Of a stretch of 64,000 nucleotides of DNA, positions 62,588 through 64,000 are shown in pieces. The stretch is taken from the NCBI GenBank assembly GCA_963809565.1, contig CAWEKE010000001.1:239452-303451 (forward strand), read 5' to 3'. Position 1 is the stretch's first letter, and each line of letters opens with the position of its first letter. The translations under genes and the position numbers were made by a program. The stretch comes from an uncultured Gammaproteobacteria bacterium. GTDB taxonomy: Bacteria; Pseudomonadota; Gammaproteobacteria; Steroidobacterales; XN24. The notes under the pieces were generated by a model, which searched no databases, was not told where the DNA came from, and was given only the letters and a program-made list of their open reading frames with translations.

Positions 62588-62967
62588 GATCCGCCGCCCT
62601 CTCCGCGACCTTTCTTCAGTCTGCTGACGACCGCATCCGGCACATAGGTCGCGGCCTTTTCGACCGGCGAGATGTACATGATTCCGACGCCGGGCCGGTC
62701 CAGGCCACCAGCCCTGAACATGGTTTCGAATACGATGTCACGCTGTTCGGTGGAGACCAGCACATTGATGACATCCTTTTCTGCCTCGACCGCAACCGCC
62801 AGCGCGCCGAGGCGCTCCCGGGCCCCATAACCACGCGCGTGATAGCCGACCGCGCCCTGGGCGCCCACATCTCTCGCCGCCAGAAGCATCTTTTCGACCT
62901 GTTTGCTCCCCGTCGAAACGATGCAGGTAATCATCCACACATCGGTCAAATAGACGATATTGCTCAT
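62584..62967 (-). CDS. PII-like (GlnB-fold) small protein
   Basis: 127 aa. The beta-alpha-beta pattern (ITCIVSTGSKQVEKMLLAARDVGAQGAV..VINVLVSTEQRDIVFETMFRAGGLD..GIMYISPVEKA) is compatible with the PII/ferredoxin-like fold. 4-nt overlaps on both sides. Confidence 0.5.
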   Translation of the reverse strand: MSNIVYLTDVWMITCIVSTGSKQVEKMLLAARDVGAQGAVGYHARGYGARERLGALAVAVEAEKDVINVLVSTEQRDIVFETMFRAGGLDRPGVGIMYISPVEKAATYVPDAVVSRLKKGRGEGGGS

Positions 62968-64000
62968 ACGATTGCCTGGACCTCGTTTGCAGCTGAAATG
63001 GCGGGCCCGGTGGTCGCGGCCCGGGCCTCACGTCTGGCCTGATAACGCGACCAAAGACCGGTCAACATCACGGTGATAATCGGACCGATAGACGCCATGC
63101 ACAGGATCCCGAAACCCTCTACCGCATCAGTCGCGTTGCCAAACCCGAGACCCATCGCCAGCACCAGTGGAACCGTGATCGGCCCTGTGGTCACGCCCGC
63201 ACTGTCCCATGCCACGTTGACGAATGTCTCATCCGACAGGAAGGTGAGCACAATCGCGACCAGGTAACCCGGCACGATCATCCACACCAGCGGCAGATTG
63301 AAGATCAACTTGCACAAGCCCGCAGCGATGCCGAATGCGACTCCGGTCGATACCGCATAGATCAGAGTTTTCTTCTTGAATACACCGTTGGTCAGGTCCT
63401 CTGCGGTGACGCCGAGCGCATTCAGCGCGGGTTCCGCGATGGTGGCGCCAAAACCAAGCACCCAGGCAAACACGATCGCCACCGTCAGACCGACCGTATA
63501 GACATAGATCGGCGATCGCGGCGCACCCTCGATCGCCATGAATGCGGACGGCACCATGCTGCCTGCGTTGGCGCCCAGCTGTGACAAGCCGTAGGTAAGC
63601 CCGATATTGAAGATGCACATGCCGATGATGGTCAGCGTGATGCCGTAGAGAATCTCGCCAATATGTGGCAATGACTCACGCAGAACCAGCTTGAGCACAA
63701 TGAACAGAAAAATAACCAGCGGCAGAATGGCCCGGATGCCGAGAATAATCTCCACGCCCGGGCTGGTTTCGTACCAGGCTGGCACTGCGCCAGTCATCGC
63801 CTGCGCGGCCTGCGCGGCCTGCGCGGCCTCGATGATTTCAGCGGGACTCACCGTGGTCGAAACGTAGAACCCCAGTAGCAAAACGCCGATCACCGGAAAC
63901 AGCGAAGCCAGCGTGACGATGCCGAAACCGGAAAGACCCGAGTCACCTTTGCCTGCTGCCGCGGCGATACCGATGCCCAGGGATAAGACCAGAGGGACCG
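62964..64000 (-). CDS. DUF1538-type polytopic membrane protein, apparently a tandem double domain (5' end outside the window)
   Basis: The reading frame stays open upstream of the track's GTG at 63893 to the window edge (..VPLVLSLGIGIAAAAGKGDSGLSGFGIVTLASLFPVIGVLL..). That segment repeats the motif at the C-terminal end of the ORF (TGPITVPLVLAMGLGFGNATDAVEGFGILCMASIGPIITVML). This indicates two DUF1538-like halves joined by an (AAQ)3 linker. Confidence 0.65.
   Translation of the reverse strand, partial: VPLVLSLGIGIAAAAGKGDSGLSGFGIVTLASLFPVIGVLLLGFYVSTTVSPAEIIEAAQAAQAAQAMTGAVPAWYETSPGVEIILGIRAILPLVIFLFIVLKLVLRESLPHIGEILYGITLTIIGMCIFNIGLTYGLSQLGANAGSMVPSAFMAIEGAPRSPIYVYTVGLTVAIVFAWVLGFGATIAEPALNALGVTAEDLTNGVFKKKTLIYAVSTGVAFGIAAGLCKLIFNLPLVWMIVPGYLVAIVLTFLSDETFVNVAWDSAGVTTGPITVPLVLAMGLGFGNATDAVEGFGILCMASIGPIITVMLTGLWSRYQARREARAATTGPAISAANEVQAIV
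63799..63828. repeat. 9-nt tandem repeat GCCTGCGCG x3 (encodes AAQAAQAAQ linker)
   Basis: Directly visible: gcctgcgcggcctgcgcggcctgcgcggcc. Confidence 0.85.

Noticed and set aside
1-64000. Search for CRISPR arrays, tRNA/rRNA genes, integrases/transposases, prophage or toxin-antitoxin-like defence modules
   Set aside because: I saw no regularly spaced direct repeats, no cloverleaf-like sequence in the intergenic regions I read, and no recombinase or phage-like ORFs. The only tandem repeats are short coding ones (35266-35565, 41993-42020, 63799-63828). The accessory region therefore shows no visible mobility signature in this window.

Overview
GC-rich bacterial chromosomal segment with strong GC3 codon bias. 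Gene content (nhaA, a CspA-type cold-shock gene, an OmpR-type two-component pair, a PlpD-like patatin) suggests an environmental or marine Gammaproteobacterium, but that is inference only. All calls come from reading the supplied translations and the DNA; no HMM or BLAST search was possible, so family names are motif-level recognitions. I recognised no rRNA, tRNA, CRISPR array, transposase or integrase. The main result is an unusual accessory region in about 1-44 kb. (1) Nine paralogous genes encode N-terminal TPR arrays fused to a C-terminal PAPS-sulfotransferase domain whose motifs resemble animal tyrosylprotein sulfotransferases (TPST, Sulfotransfer_3 type). Six of them form a head-to-tail array with overlapping stop and start codons, apparently co-transcribed with a secreted TPR protein and a CRTAC1-family (FG-GAP + ASPIC/UnbV) protein. 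Two more flank a prolyl-4-hydroxylase-like 2OG-Fe(II) oxygenase, and one is coupled to a TIGR02466-type oxygenase-like gene. (2) A second tightly coupled operon (23.9-34.7 kb) encodes a CN-hydrolase, a 1096-aa TPR/FG-GAP/UnbV protein, a polytopic pentaheme cytochrome-TPR fusion, a second CRTAC1 protein and a second secreted TPR protein. (3) A probable envelope glycolipid/LPS modification cluster (38-44 kb) holds two classical sulfotransferase-domain paralogues, a 2OG oxygenase, an ELM1/DUF1022 protein, a GT8-like protein and an LpxL-family acyltransferase. In total there are 11 clear plus 1 possible sulfotransferase genes and four 2OG-oxygenase-like genes, but no PAPS-synthesis genes, no dedicated exporter and no obvious precursor peptide. 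I read this as a candidate, apparently uncharacterised, multi-paralogue protein sulfation and hydroxylation system linked to secreted FG-GAP/TPR proteins; the substrates are unknown. The right third (44-64 kb) looks like ordinary housekeeping or accessory genes: amidohydrolase, DUF1111 di-heme protein, CadC-like regulator, serine hydrolase, SDR/DUF2867, DUF3422, DUF4397, two-component system, TetR, nhaA, csp, a second TIGR02466 copy, and a DUF1538 + two PII-like gene set.
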